A stretch of DNA of 64,000 nucleotides from Saccostrea cucullata (Eukaryota): positions 248,001-312,000 of the forward strand of contig NW_026940631.1 in the NCBI RefSeq assembly GCF_032062105.1, read 5' to 3'. The position numbers were made by a program, and so were the translations under genes. Shown piece by piece: positions 10,301 through 24,654 of the stretch. Under the pieces are notes generated by a model that worked only from the letters and a program-made list of their open reading frames with translations, was not told the origin of the DNA and made no database searches. Position 1 is the first letter of the stretch, and each line of letters starts with the position of its first letter.

Positions 10301-12334
10301 ATCATGTATGCTGCTGAAAAATTGAAAATAGCACAAGAAGCCAAATATCTTGCAATCGAGTTATTTGACAGGTATGGATACATATACAGTAAAACTTGTT
10401 TATTCTGGACAGCAATGATTCCATAAGAATTGGCTGAATTAAAAAATATTCGAGATTAGACTCCATTTTTTAAAAATTTGTATCAAGTAAAAAAGGACGT
10501 TAATATCATTATAGATCCTAGGGAGTTTTGGTATAAAATTACATTGAATGAGCTCATCTTCCCTGTTCACTGTAGTTATACCAAATGAATTTATTTTATA
10601 ATCATATGGATTCATATTATTTACCCTGTGTCAATGTTGTTGATTTTCTTCTCTCAGATTTTTATACAATCACCTTCAAGATCTTCGTGATCATGTGTTA
10701 AAGTTGCCAAAAAAAAGACAAATGAAGGAATGGAATAGTCTTCAGGAGGGTGTGTCAAACCAGGTGTTGCTGCGCATCGTATCTTGTTGTCAGATAGCCA
10801 GCAAATTAACATCTCACTATAAGGTATAAAGGGTTTTTTTTCAAAAGAGAGAGTGAAGTTAGATGGTTAAGGGAATTTTTTACCCATTGCATTAAAATTA
10901 CATTGTACTTTTATGTTACATAAAAGTCAAGAGTTAATTAACTCATAATTTACAGTTTCATGGACACAAAATGTGGTTAATGTAATTTTTCATATGAACA
11001 CCAATTTGAAGGTTATGTAAATTTAAGTCATGATAATAATAAAGTAAAGGATACTTTTCATTTTAAGATTTTCACTGACATCACTGCCTGTCAGGCATTC
11101 TTATTTCAGGTTGTTTCCATCAACAGAGCCAAGAGATTTCTGTGTACCTGTGGCTATCGCTATGCCTCTGAAAGTCTACTTCAATCCGAGCTTAGAGTGC
11201 TAAAAACTCTGAAATTCCAAGTCACAGAACCAACACCTATTGTTTTTATAGAAACTCTACTTGAAATTTTAGGTACATTTTTTGTATTACAAATTATATT
11301 TGTAAATACATGTAATGATTAAACTGAAGAGGAACGTATGTGTTGTATTTCATTAGTATATACATGTACATCACCTTGTTTGTTTATGCTCTGTTTTTAG
11401 CTTTAATTGATAACTTATTTATTGTTATTTTTATCTATTGAGAGGAAAAGCAATATTCACTGATTTTTTATTTTGCGAATTTGTTTGCATCAGTTTTTCT
11501 CCTTTTATTGAATTATCATTAGTCTAAATTATTTTCCTGATCATGACACTGTAACACAGTAATAAGAAAAAGACATGTAGAGTTATTCCCCTCTTAATCT
11601 TTAACTGCATTGTAAGTTTGTTTTACAATTTAGTAATTTTGAATTTCAGGTTGCAATAATACTAAAGCAGAGGTGAAAACATACTACTATGTTGCACTCA
11701 AACTGCTGGACTTGTTGTATTTGAAGTACCACACCTTTTATAAGATTCTGTTTGAAGTTACAAGTTCATCCAAGATACATTCCAAGGAACAAAAGTATTA
11801 CAATCATCAAATAGTTGCATTCTTCAATAGAAAGAATCATCTTTTTTTTTACATACCATAAAAATGCAATATTTCATATTAAATTACATATTTTGTAAAA
11901 CAAGCATTATTATTGCAATGTAATGAGAGTTACCCCCCTTTAACACATTTTCATATGAAGACTTAAATTTTTGAATCTACTACTACAATCTGTTACCTTT
12001 TATGCAGGAGGGAGTTTAGCAAAGTGAAAGCAGACCAACTACTGCTGGCCACTGCAGTCATAAGCTGCTCTGTTTACATGGTGCAAGAGGACAAGGCAGA
12101 CGAAGTAATATAATATTTAAAAGAAGACTATGAAATAAAATAAATTGCTCAGATTTCCAGTATCCCAAGCTTCCATCTGGTCATTTTATTCATCTGAGAG
12201 CAAAAAAAAAAAATTAAATTTTTTTTTCCTGGTAATTGCAGATGATTAAAGAACTGTACAGGATTACAAGAATTTCTAAGAATGACATTGAAGACTTTGC
12301 CTCTGTTCTGATTCAGCTGGTAGAAGAGGAATAA
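7364..12334 (+). CDS. CNTD1: Cyclin N-terminal domain-containing protein 1 (meiotic crossover factor, COSA-1 ortholog), 302 aa; exons 7364-7504, 10268-10371, 10658-10823, 11110-11272, 11650-11794, 12008-12104, 12242-12334
   Basis: Seven exons with consistent phases (909 nt). Peptides ILQDWLINLAKKN, KYLAIELFDRF, LLRIVSCCQIASKL, LLQSELRVLKTLKF..PTP..FIETLLEILG, LKLLDLLYL and VKADQLLLATAVI are colinear with vertebrate CNTD1. Confidence 0.9.
8157..8174 (+). other. Primer-binding site complementary to the tRNA-Lys(CUU) 3' end
   Basis: TGGCGCCCAACGTGGGGC lies one base after the 5' LTR end and is the classical Lys1,2 PBS. Confidence 0.9.
8175..9075 (+). pseudogene. C-terminal part of Gypsy integrase (GPY/F-like module plus Ser-rich tail); no gag, protease, RT or DDE core
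   Basis: YDNRVR..LEIGDRVLVR..GKCKLSDKWEKDPYVV..YKVQ..RLLHRNLLLP and terminal RRSTRVKNPPDRYG. Confidence 0.85.
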
Positions 12335-13069
12335 ATCACCATCAAAGTCTCAGTTTATATGAGATCAAAAGGACCTTTAATTTAAGCTTCTAACAGACAT
12401 GTTAAATTTGACTTGCTCCACCCCTCTTTTTTTTTCAGGGGAGTGTCTTTTTATTTTTGCAACACATCAGTTGAAACATGCAAGACATGCCATATTTTAG
12501 TCTGTGATACAAATATCTTTTTTGAATTTAATTTGAACTATCTTTATGAAAAGTTACATTTTTTGCAAAGAGACTGTGATTGTTACTGTGCAATATGTGA
12601 AAGGAAACATGATGTATAAACATTAGGAACATTATTAGGTGGAACTACGTACCATTTTTTTTTACGACATGTAAAATAACCTGATATACTTTTTCCGTTT
12701 GCTTTAAAGTGTATTAGAGTAGAATTAAATTGATATTCACATTTACATATATTCTATTATATATCAATTATTGTGGAATCATTTAATTTGGTGTGGTCAA
12801 TGTTCGTTAGCGGGCAAAATTATACTTGTTTGACAGGATAACATTTCATGGGTCACTCTCTTGACTAAAGGTAGATTCAGTAAGTAAATCCTTCAAGACC
12901 CATGTAGTCCAAAGTGAAATTCTGAACTTTAATACATTTTGAACAGTGAAATACCTTAATTTATCCATTGAATAAAAGTGATATCCTGTCACGGTGTGAA
13001 AGGATATCAAAATGATATCAAAATGATATCCTGTCACAGTGTGAAAGAATATCAGATGTGCTGGAAAAC

Positions 13070-13283
13070 TCGATTTTCCTTCCCTTCACTAAGAGTGTTG
13101 TAAAAAATACTCCTTAACCTGTTATGATAAAAAAGAGTTCATAAACCATTCTGTCATAAAATAAAACTGCGAAAGTTCCCCAAATATGTTGCTGAAATTT
13201 ATGTGTACAATGTTTTTCACTAGCTTATGACGTCTCATCCGCTCAACTATGACGTCATGTAGCCTAAGGCAGCATTACAAACT

Positions 13284-13314
<31 letters not shown>

Positions 13315-14617
13315 CAATGTGGATAGGAAAAAAGCAGAAATCAGTTTATTGTTGAAAAGTTTAAACCCAGTAGTGGTCTAAAGTAAATCCTTAAAAGAGA
13401 GATGGTATGATTTGAACAAACTTGGGGGGATTACCTGGGGATTGCCCTTCACATTTGAACTTACATTGTGGACCCCCTATACCCCAAGGGGTCATGACTT
13501 GAACAAAATTGAATCTACACTACCCAAGAATGCTTCCATATGAACACGACTAATCATGGCTTTGCTGTTTTTGAAGTCTTTAAATATAACTTGGATTCCA
13601 GCCTGGGCTTTGAAGTACAAAAATTGAAAAGAAGATGCTTTAAAAATATAATCAGGCCTTTCCCTATATGTTTCCTATATATTTCAATGTAAAACTTTGA
13701 TCAGTCACTGAAGCCTTGCCCTACCCCCAAGGGGTCATGATTTGAAAAAAAATTGAATCTACACTACCTGAGGATGCTTCCCTATAAGTTTCATCTTTCC
13801 TGGCAGTGTGGTTCTTGAGAAGATTTTTTAAAGAATTTTCCTATATATTTCTATGTAAAACTTTGATCGGCCATTGTGGCCCCACCCTATCCCCAGGGGT
13901 CATGATTTGAATAAACTTGAATCTTCACTACCTGAGGATGCTTCCCTATAAGTTTCATCTTTCCTGGCCCAGTGGTTCTTGAGAAGAAGATTTTTAAAGA
14001 ATTTTCCTATATCTTTCTATGTAAAACTTTGATCGTCCATTGTGGCCCCGCCCTACACCCAGGGGTCATGATTTGAACAAATTTGAATCTACACTACCCC
14101 AGGATGCTTACCTATAAGTTTCATCTTTCCTGGCCCAGTGGTTCTTGAGAAGAAGATTTTTAAAGGTTTTCCCTACATATTTCTATGTAAAACTTTGATC
14201 GGCCATTGTGGCCCCACCCTATCCCCGGGGGTCATGATTTGAATAAACTTGAATCTTCACTACCTGAGGATGCTTCCCTATGAGTTTCATCTTTCCTGGC
14301 CCAGTGGTTCTTGAGAAGAAGATTTTTAAAGAATTTTCCTATATATTTCTATGTAAAACTTTGGTCGGCCATTTTGGCCCCGCCCTACCCCCGGGGGTCA
14401 TGATTTGAACAAACTTGAATCTACACCACCTGAGGATGATTCCACATGAGTTTCATCTTTCCTGGCTCAGTGGTTCTTGAGAAGAAGATTTTTAAAAATG
14501 CCATTAATTTTTCTCTAATTCATAATTATCTCCCCTTTGAAAAGGACGTGGCCCTTCATTTGAACAAATTTGAATCCCCTTCACGTAAGGAAACTTTGTG
14601 CCAAGTTTGGTTGAAAG

Positions 14618-14650
<33 letters not shown>

Positions 14651-14676
14651 GTGAAATGTTTACGACAACGACGACA

Positions 14677-14738
<62 letters not shown>

Positions 14739-14905
14739 GACGTGGGCAAAGGGAAAATCAAAGAAAATGTAATAAATAGAAAATTCAATGTTTTGTAGAT
14801 GAATATGGAATTTATTTCACTCGTGAGACCAGATTTTTTTATATTTTCATTCGTGCTTTGCACTTATGAAAATATAAAAAAATCCTGTCCCACTCGTGAA
14901 ATATA
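13070..14905. mobile_element. Older palindrome-rich non-autonomous element (possibly Crypton-type) split by the HINE insertion
   Basis: GATTTTCCTTCCC (13072) is inverted as GGGCAAAGGGAAAATC (about 14744-14759). Terminal hairpin TTTCACTCGTG..CACTCGTGAAA at 14815-14901. Confidence 0.4.
13280..14738. mobile_element. Helentron-like HINE carrying a Cg170/HindIII-type 166-bp satellite array
   Basis: One end ACTAGAGGCCCATGGGCCACATCGCTCACCTGAG; other end (ACG)n microsatellite plus hairpin AGCTCACTTGAGCCTTCGGCTCAGGTGAGCT-AAAAA. GGTCATGA recurs at 13733, 13898, 14064, 14230 and 14396. Confidence 0.9.
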
Positions 14906-15440
14906 TAGCAATATATAGGCATATATAGCAATACATGGAAACTTACTACTTTTATCTACAGTGTATGATAATATATAATAAATCTCACAAGCATCAAAAT
15001 GAAACGTTTCCAATCCTTTAATACATCTGATTTTTTTTTACATTAAAGTATTATAATAAAACAGCATGTGTAATACAAACAACATTTATATCTTACAAAA
15101 TTGTCCACTTAATAAATACATTTACATGTATATAAAACTAACACAATACAGAGAAACTTATTGCTACATCTACGATGCAGTTCTTTATAAAATGCAGTGG
15201 ATCTCTATTTTTTACATCTGTACGGAGGTGCAGAGGAAGTATTCACTTCAATACTAGAGTATTTCACCGAAATTCTCTGAAGAGAAATTAACAAAGCAAC
15301 AATTTATTTGCATTAAATTGCACATATTTTAAGCTGCAAGACAAAATTAACTAATAAATAGTCTAAAATGTTGGCAAGTAGAAGACTGTTATGTAGTTTA
15401 CTCACACATAAAAGAAAATCTCAACTATCACCCTCACATA

Positions 15441-15568
15441 CAGTGAAACACGATTTCATTGTATCAGTAAGCTTACAATATGCTTTAAGCCCACGCGGAA
15501 TGGTAATCACTTCACTGTAAGCATCAATTCATTAAAAATTTCTTGGCTATATTAAGCGTGTTTCACTG
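15441..15568. mobile_element. 128-bp Tc1/mariner-type MITE
   Basis: TA|CAGTGAAACACG ... CGTGTTTCACTG|TA. Confidence 0.75.
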
Positions 15569-16925
15569 TACTTAGATTTATACAGTGTGCAGTAAAACTT
15601 GTATGATCAGGGTGGTATGTATTCCAAAATTGTATCCAACTTATAGTCCTCTTCAGTCAATTTAACTTTTTAAAATATTCTTTAACCTAGCTTTCTACGG
15701 TCAGGATGAAGGGTTGCCATGATTATAGACAAGTTTGTCTGTAAAATAAAAGATCATCTAGCAAAATATCACTTTATTATATAGCAATTGGTTGCCCAAA
15801 TTACTAATCAGAATTATGAAAACACATAAAGGACAAATAATCACACTTAATTTTTACAATAAATATTGAAAGTTCCATAAATCCACCTGATCACGCTAGG
15901 ACCATTTCCTTTACTCGATCGGTACAATAAATTCTTGAGATGAACTTGTAAGGAAATTAAAAATTCCATAAAACAACTCTTTATAGATGGTTTTCGTATA
16001 TGTTGCCTCTCAGTTATTCCCTTTGGCCACCATTTTGTAGGATATAGTGATTTTTTTCTCTTTGAGCAACCAATTTTAAACATTCATGCCAGAAATATAT
16101 GGGAAAAATAATTAAAATCTTGAAATTATGAATTAAAAGAAGCATTAACAAATGTAAATTCATAAGAAAAATAGTATTATCTTTACCTCAGTACCCATTA
16201 TAACAAATTGAACTTGGTTGAATTATGAAGGGATCTGGGAATGTTGACCTACAATATGGCGGTCATGAGGAAATAACTTGCTTTAATCATCTCAATGCTA
16301 AAACCACCTATTACAATATTAATGAACATGTAAAAAAGTCAAAACATATTATATCAAAGAACAGAAACAATCATATAAAATAGCGATATGAACTTTTTAA
16401 CTTTCAAATCCAAGATAATATAAATATGCCGTTTTTACTCAAATCATAACTGTATTCTTACATATCACCATTCTAGTCCATGTTAAAATACACTGACAAT
16501 CAGTTTCTAATACTGGGTTTAGTAAACATAAAAAGTGTTCCAATATATTATTAAGTAGATTTCCAAGTTTAACAAGCACAAAATAACTTGAGTTCACATG
16601 GTCAGTAATTGTATTTTGAAATACAAGAAAATAATTTTGACCACAGAGCAAACATTTATAACAAGATGAAATAATCTTTGTCACGGATTTAGATTATGCC
16701 CAATCTATTCAAACACTCTTCATTCTGAAAAGAGAAAAAAAAACTTGTAAGGAAATGACCAAAATTACCAAGTATTAGTACTGAACTGATCATATTCCCT
16801 TTCTTACCAGTATTTACATTTTGTGTTGCTCAAGCATACATCACTTCGTACCACAAACACTTCCTGAGTCAAGGTCAAACAATGATATCAACCAGAAAGG
16901 AAAACTCACTTGTTCTGTCTTATTA

Positions 16926-19900
16926 TTATACATTAACTTCCATCTGTTCGGGAGTAGAAGTTGTACGTTTACCCTCCTCCAGCATTTGTTCTACAATTCT
17001 CCACAGACAAGATTCCTTTGGAAAGTCATTGTCCACTAAGTTAACTAAGTAGTAACTGTTAAAAATGTGGTCGATGATTTTTCTGGACTGTGAGCCTTCA
17101 GGGTACAGGTCACCCCAGGGGTGTTTCCACAGTTCAAAGGCTTCATCCTGAAAAGTAAGCATATACACGTAAACAGAGATCTTAATCTAAACTGAAGCTC
17201 TATTTCTTTGTTAGAGTTAAAGATTCTGATTGTTTTTGTAATGATTACATGTATGCTCTTCAATAAGTAAAATAGATTGTCAGGCCAGGAGAAAAAAATT
17301 ATTTCATCCTCATACCTTCCATGTTTTGAAGGCAATAGGATCCACCACTGTAGGTTGTATAATCTCTTTACCAGGGAACACTCCCCACGTGACTGCTATA
17401 GGAGTCGTCAGATCACAGTTTGTGTAGTCTGCCTCACCCTTAAAAATTAATAAAATCTGCTAAAACAGTATATCATAAACAGGTGCTTGTTAAAATTTTA
17501 GTCATATATCAAGCTTTGACTTACGCTCTTGTCCACTATATGATAATTGACCATGGGAAAGTTTTTCAGTATTTTCTTCAGAGCAATACCATTTTCTTTA
17601 GATGTGAAGAATTCCAAGTAAGCCTAGATAATGATAATATTCAAAGAATAAACATCACCAAAACAGAATTTGTAAACTGCAAACTTTCTCTTCAAAAATA
17701 TTTTTCTCCTTTAATACTTTCATGATGGTAGGCTGATTGTCAGTAAAATGAACTTGATATTTTCAAATGAACTCTGACCTTTTGGTAGATGTAGCCATTG
17801 GGTGACCCCCAGCCCAATTTGCTGTCTGAGGAAGGAGCTCCGTTGACATTGGGCTGAGAGTTGATGGTGAGAACTCCACGTTTGTTGATGGCTTCGAGCT
17901 GTTCCTTGATGAAACCTGTCTCTGGTGACAATTCATCATCATTCCATGGCATAGAACGCACCTAGTGAAAGATATTATTTAGTTAGCGATTATTCACTTT
18001 TACAGATTTTAAAAATGCATTCTGGAGTCCCTGCATAATTTCATTTAATTTTTACTTTGTCTTATCTTGATCATTTTTTTTAGTGGAACATACAGATACT
18101 TAAAACTAACCTTGACCCTATTCTTATTTGAACATCCACCTAATTTTGTAACCTACCCTCGACTCAATTCGTGTTAAAACATCCAAAAACATGTACAGTT
18201 AATTCTCGATAAACCACCACCTTTTGTAATTTAGAAATCATGGCGGTATAACGAATTTGGCGAAGAATTGAATTTCCCATCTTTGAGGGAACACGAAGTA
18301 GAGTTACCATTCTTAGAAATACCATTTAGCGTTTCTATTCTTATTATTACATGTACATGTATATAAAAACATATTTCTTAATTTTAAAATACTTCAAGTA
18401 ATTTTTATGTACAATTTCGCTAAAACAAAATGTGCAGTTCTGAAATAAAGACAAGTACATATGGATGTATATAAATTTGCAAGTCTGATAATGAAAAAAA
18501 ACATGCTGAGTCGATCGTCGTGATATCTTGCCGATAGTACGTAAAATGAATTCTTGAATAAATTCATTGTTATTTCATCATTGTTAATGAAACGTTCACA
18601 ATTTATACAGTATAATTTTTTAAAGCAAACTTTGCAAGGTTTAAAGCAGATATTATCAAAATAATATCGTTATCGGTGTAATTTAACAATGACCGCTTTC
18701 GTGGCGAAGCCATGACTAAATGATTTTTATTAAACAGAAATCAAAATTATATTATTATAACACTTCACTTAAAATTATTGTTCATTTAATTCTTATTTAA
18801 TTATTTAATTGCATGTACCTCGTTTGGCTTTGCATGCTTTACAACAGGGATAGCGTCAACCAATTAGCCGCACTTCACTGACCACCTGCACCTGTGGCGG
18901 TATATCGAGATAATTGACACTTAAAAATGGACGTTTGTTTTGAAAACAGGGTGGTGGATGGCGGTATGCGAATTTGGCGTTATGAAGAGAATTTTATATA
19001 GCAGGAAAAACGTTCTTGGGAAATCATGGCGGTATGGCGAAAATGGCGATGAATTGAATGGCGATAATTCGAGAATTGACTGTACGTAAAATCAATCTTA
19101 TGTACATGTACATCAAACATACCGTAAATCTGTTAATCTTTACGTCGATTTTATTTTGCGAATCTGGGTCAAATAGCTGTTGATTAATTTTTTACGTTTC
19201 AAAATTTTTAGAATAACCACTGCTTTGTTTACAGTTTATTATTGTTGATTTATTTTTAAGAAAACTATTTTTGCGAATCCAATGAAAAAACACGCAAATT
19301 TGCTAAAAAATTATCTACAGCAAAAATTTCCAGATCTACAGTATGTAAATCTAACCTTGACCAAATTCTTTTAGCAAACCCATTTATGTAAACTAACCTT
19401 GACCCCATCCTTATTGGAACATCCAGATATGTAATTCTGAAACACATCCCACACATCCTGCTCCGAGTTCAGTTCCTCTCCCCACATTTTGAGGAGGTCC
19501 TCTTTGGGAGGTTTATGCTTCAAGTAAAATAAGTAATAGTCTGTGAGATCACCAAAAGAAGCTGCTGAGGAGTTCCCCCAGCGACCATTGGGAAACTCAT
19601 CCCAGTTTGAAGTTCTATAAATGTAACTCTTTGGTCGAGATCGCCAGAAGATCGGTCGCACATCCTCCTTACAGCGTGAATAATTCGCAGTCTGTTTCCA
19701 TGGTAATGGTTTACATGGCTCCTCCACCCACATACCGAGTCTTTTGAGGATTTCAATGGTGGCTACTTCCCTGTTGAGTGTGTAGAAGTGAACACCGTGA
19801 ATGTCCTCGTGTTTGAGAAGTTCACGACACATCTGGAATGCTTGTTCCACACCATAGTTTCTGATTGCTTCATCATTGTCTTTAATGGGTTCAATGGCAT

Positions 19901-22900
19901 CCAGAATCTCCTTTGGTACTTCTAATCGGGACAATTTCACTATGTGCCTGAGGGACTGGTATGCCTATTTGTGGAAGGAATTTTTTTTAACATGGTCTTC
20001 ATTCTTTTTACAGAATTATTAATGATACAAGTTTGCATCTTTAAAGAAAATTTAGTAAAGTATTTTACAAAAGCAATGAAGTCATAGAATTTGTAGTATA
20101 TATACTAAAAGCATGTTAAATACCTGAATAGGAAGAACACCTGGTATAATTGGACAGGTAATTCCTATCTCTCTACAATCACGAACAAATTGAAAGAAAG
20201 TCTCTGCTTTGAAAAACAGCTGTGTTATAATGAAGTCTGCTCCTGCATCCACTTTTTCCTTCAGATGACGAAGATCTTCCGCATATGAAGTACACTCGGG
20301 ATGTCCAGTTGGGTACCCTACAAAAATTTACAAATCACTTAAAAGCAGTGCACATTTGAGTGCAAGCCTATATGGGTAGCTAATAATATTCTTGCAGCAT
20401 GACTCATTTGCCCCATCACACACTAGTGCCATCTTATGGTGTTATTTTGATTATCACTGAAAAGGTATCAATCTTGATAAAGAAAAAATACAGGAGACAA
20501 AATGTCTTCAAAGGACACTAAAACATAAATTTAACAAAGAATCTGATAAAAACAACATTAAAACAGTGAAAGTTCAGAAACTAATATTTATAGCACTATC
20601 CAATGGAATACATTCCTTACCAGCCACACAGATGGTGAAGTGGTCCCCATGTTCCTTTCGGATCAGTTTGACAAGATCTGTGGCATAGTTCAGTCCATCC
20701 TCCTGTTTTGTCCATGTTAGTCCACCATCAGGGGGATCTGAAACACAAAGTTAGTTTTCACGTTATAAAATTATTAATTTAAAAAAAAAAGACATGACTT
20801 CTTCTTAAATATTCCTTGATCTTGGAAAGATTTTTTCTAAAAAATATAAATACAAAGTAAAATGAAAGATTTCAGCATTTAAGATCTGCTTACATAATGA
20901 AAACTAAAAATTTCAGATTATTCTCATGATTTTTTTTAATAAAACAACTTTTAGTATTGCTTTACAGGTATTGTTCAAATTTGTTCTCTAAAAAAAGCTA
21001 GGCTTTAATTCTACCCACCCCCTCTGAGAGCTAACAGGTTCTTCAGTCCCATGTCTTTGGCTTTCTTCAGGTTCCTCTTTATATCTTCCTCGTCCTGATT
21101 ACTACACGTGATGTGAAGCATCGTCTCTACTCCGCAGTAGTTCAGCATGGTGACCGCCATACACGTGGAGCTCGTGGGTTTCTCTGTGTTCCCGGGGTCA
21201 CCTGCAGGGTGCCACGTAATATCACAAAACAGGGGGCCACCCTCACTCATCCTCTCTATCCTAGTGTAACAGATTAAAAACAAATTATAAAATTAATATT
21301 AACCATATAATATTTTATTTTAAATCAATATTTTCATCTAACATTTGTTTATAATGTGAATTATTTGACCTTGTTTTTTTTCAATTTGGTGATCATGCTG
21401 CAAGTATAATTTTTTTTTCATAGGTACATATTTAAATCGTTACAGAAAAAAAACAAAATTAGGTACAGAAGGGTCAAAGAAGAGTCCGCAGGTTGTTTGT
21501 AATTTTTATAATACAATGTATAAAATCAAAGCCATATGTTGCAGAGAACTGTCTTTTATGTAATTAATTAAGGTGCCAAAAATATTAATTTCTGCTCTTT
21601 TACTCTAAGTATTTAATGGAGTCATTGCCAGTCACAGCTTATCTAATACAAACATAGGCAACCATGCCATGCGGAAATAACCCAAATATTCCATGACCTT
21701 CAGATAACCAAATCGGATTTTCCCTTCTCCTGAAAGCTATTTTTAACACTCATAAAATACCAACTGCATGGCAGAGTGAATATTGCATGACAAATCTGTA
21801 TGAAAACAGGAACGTATTTGTTAAAGCTAGTAAGAGACTTTATTTTTCTGATTACTTGAAAAGCTTATATCATGTGTAATTTGCACTAATAGCCACTAGA
21901 AGGGGTCTTTTTTTATTGTTCACATGTTTATGGCTCAAGGATTAACAACATGCAAAAAAAAAATTTAAAATTATATACCGCTAAAAAAACGTATAATATT
22001 CCAATATTTTTATTTAATATCTTCAAAGTAAAACTAGGGGATCAAACTACCATTTGACTTTTTAAAATAAATAATTGTATAACGGCTTAAATATTTTGCA
22101 TACTGGTATAGCCAACCAGTTGTATTTCCTTTTGTACTGAGTAGCATGCTCTATAGACTTCACAATAAAAACAAGGTGAAGGTCAAATATGTATCACGCT
22201 AGGCATGTATGAATGAATCCAATAACTGTTAAATATTACTGACAACCTGCAGGAAATTTTTTAAAAATCCTTAGCCCATCCATTTCCCAGTTTCTCTTTT
22301 AATCCTTGAAGACCATGAAGACATTTACAATATTATGAATAAATTTCACATAGTAATGACACGCTGTAGTGATGATTATATATGTGTCAGTGTACTTTAA
22401 GGAAATAAAGGAATGCAGCGGAGTTTCAAGTCAGACGCACAGTGCATGATATAGTTGTATTGGTGCGCATGCACAATTTGTATTGGACAAAACATGACAT
22501 CAACATTCAGTGTTTCAATGATATATTTTTAGTATTAATAATATGATAAGCTCTGTTATTATTTTTTTCTTAAATTATAATGTTGTAATTTTCAAGGGGT
22601 GCAGTTACTACGATCAGTATGTTGTACCATTTTCTTATACATAATTACATATATCCTTTTTAACATTAACTTCTTTTAAAATTTCTAAGTTTAATAAGTG
22701 ACTGTGATAAACACATGCAGATTTAGAAAATCAGATGACTTAATTACTATTTAGTATCCAGTAAAAATCCTGTACCTGAGTGAATGGTCACACTATACAA
22801 GCAAATAAGACTTATCTAAAACTTCCCTTTTAATAATTTTTCTAATTTTTGTACTGAAGAGATCTCTGGTTACTTAGTCAACTTTGGTACCAGATGAATT

Positions 22901-23155
22901 AATTCAGCTACCTTTACCCATACTTTCTGTTTATAGAAAATTAGGAACCACTCACCTGCTAACAAGATTGACTGCTCCATTAGCTGTCCTGGGAGGGAAG
23001 AACTCGAGGGAATAGAAGGGGTCCCCGGACTGGATTCTCTGGTTAATGCGCTCAATCACACTCCGGTATTCCCCGTACTCTGGCTCCTGTACTGGGGAGT
23101 GGGGAACCACCCCATGGGTGCCATTGACCGTGGTCCCATTCAGTAATTCAGGCAT
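16926..23155 (-). CDS. MTHFR: Methylenetetrahydrofolate reductase, 648 aa; exons 23155-22956, 21260-21019, 20737-20621, 20317-20124, 19964-19398, 17961-17779, 17623-17525, 17438-17316, 17147-16926
   Basis: All junctions are GT-AG and in phase (1947 nt). Motifs [75 protein letters not shown] and [20 protein letters not shown]. Confidence 0.97.
18196..19082. mobile_element. Tc1/mariner-type non-autonomous element in an MTHFR intron
   Basis: TA|CAGTTAATTCTCGA ... TCGAGAATTGACTG|TA, with sub-terminal ATGGCGGTAT repeats. Confidence 0.8.
19120..19343. mobile_element. Short MITE
   Basis: TACCGTAAATCTG ... CAGATCTACAGTA imperfect TIRs. Confidence 0.6.
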
Positions 23156-24654
23156 GGCTGCAGATCACCTGCTAAAATAAAAAGATCAAAATCACCCCAA
23201 GTTTCTTCAACAAATAGAAATCAATTGACTTTATTTCAAAAATTAAACACCGATTTATTGATTTGAAAAACGTCCCCTCACACCTCTCATCTTTCTCTAA
23301 CAGTAGACTGCATGGTCAAATTAGAAAAGTTCTAAACAGAGAGGCAATTATAGATACTGAAAATGAGTTCAATTTAGAACCTAGGCCTTGTGCTGTATAG
23401 ACAAAAATCCAAGTTTTGATCTAAGGGTAAGTTGCTGATGTTACATGTAGACACTTGGATTCATTCATATATTTTCAGGGTCGTATTTCTAGTATTTCAT
23501 CAGTGAATTGATTATAACAAGGGAATCTTCTATTACCATTACCTGAAGAAATTGAATTGTCCATCCTACTAGTGCGATTCCTATAAATGAATAAATTTGC
23601 TCAAACATGTAAAGTGTAAAGTGTAAAAGACGAAGCATATAAAGAAGTGCTAGCGCACTTCATGAAAGCCCAAATTATTCACACACCATAATCAATGACA
23701 AGGTCTTAAAAAGATTCCATTTCCTATATTTTTTTACACTAATAAGCTGTCAGAAATACGATTTGGTGATACAAACTCGCCTTATAATACATGTATAAGT
23801 ACATGAAGAATATCCGATCTATTTCAAACGACATGAACAAAACAACGTACTTGAATTGATATTTTTTATTTTCAAATCATTGGACGTATCTTCCAAAATA
23901 CATTTTTTTCAGTTTAATTTCTTATTAGATTGCTGTAAATAATTTTGTTATGTAAATACAAGTGATTATATAGATCAATGTGTAAAAAGAAAAATAATCT
24001 ATACTATAGATCTACAATACTTTCAGTCTTAATATTGGATGGAAATATTAAATAATCCACCCTACAACTGTGGTACTGCTCTTTTGCAGGGTAAATTAAT
24101 CAAATTTGAAGTTTTTCATTACATAAGTAAATGCGATAACATACTTTTCCAATTATCAATTTGCCCTGCAAATGAAACTGCTTGGTACAAGTGAAATTAA
24201 ATTATTAACATTTGAAGTTTTTCATTACATAATTAAATTCAATTACATATTTCTCCAAATATCAATATTTGGTGATGGTTATTCACAGTTTTAAATGCAT
24301 ATGTCAGCTGTAGAGGTCAAATTTAAAGCAAATTATTTTTTTACCTAGGGACTCTCATCCAACAGAATTATAAAAGTTCAAACAAAAACATCTGTCAAAA
24401 TATTTCCGAGCTGTCATATCCTCGTTAAAATCCATGTTACTTCTTTTTTTTTAAATAAAAAATTACATGCACTGAGAATTTAGCAAAGTTTTCATAATCA
24501 TTTGATAAAGTAAACATAGGCACAAACAATAAAACATTGACAAGCATGCAATGTTTTGTTTACAGTTTCCGCATCGCCGAATAACGATGACCAATAATTA
24601 TAATAAATCCTTCTTCCAAAGCTTGGCAATAAATTTAACTTTAATCATAGATTC

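Noticed and set aside
14446-14730. Similar 94-aa and 106-aa ORFs here and at 35246-35566
   Set aside because: Both are chance translations of the same HINE terminal region.
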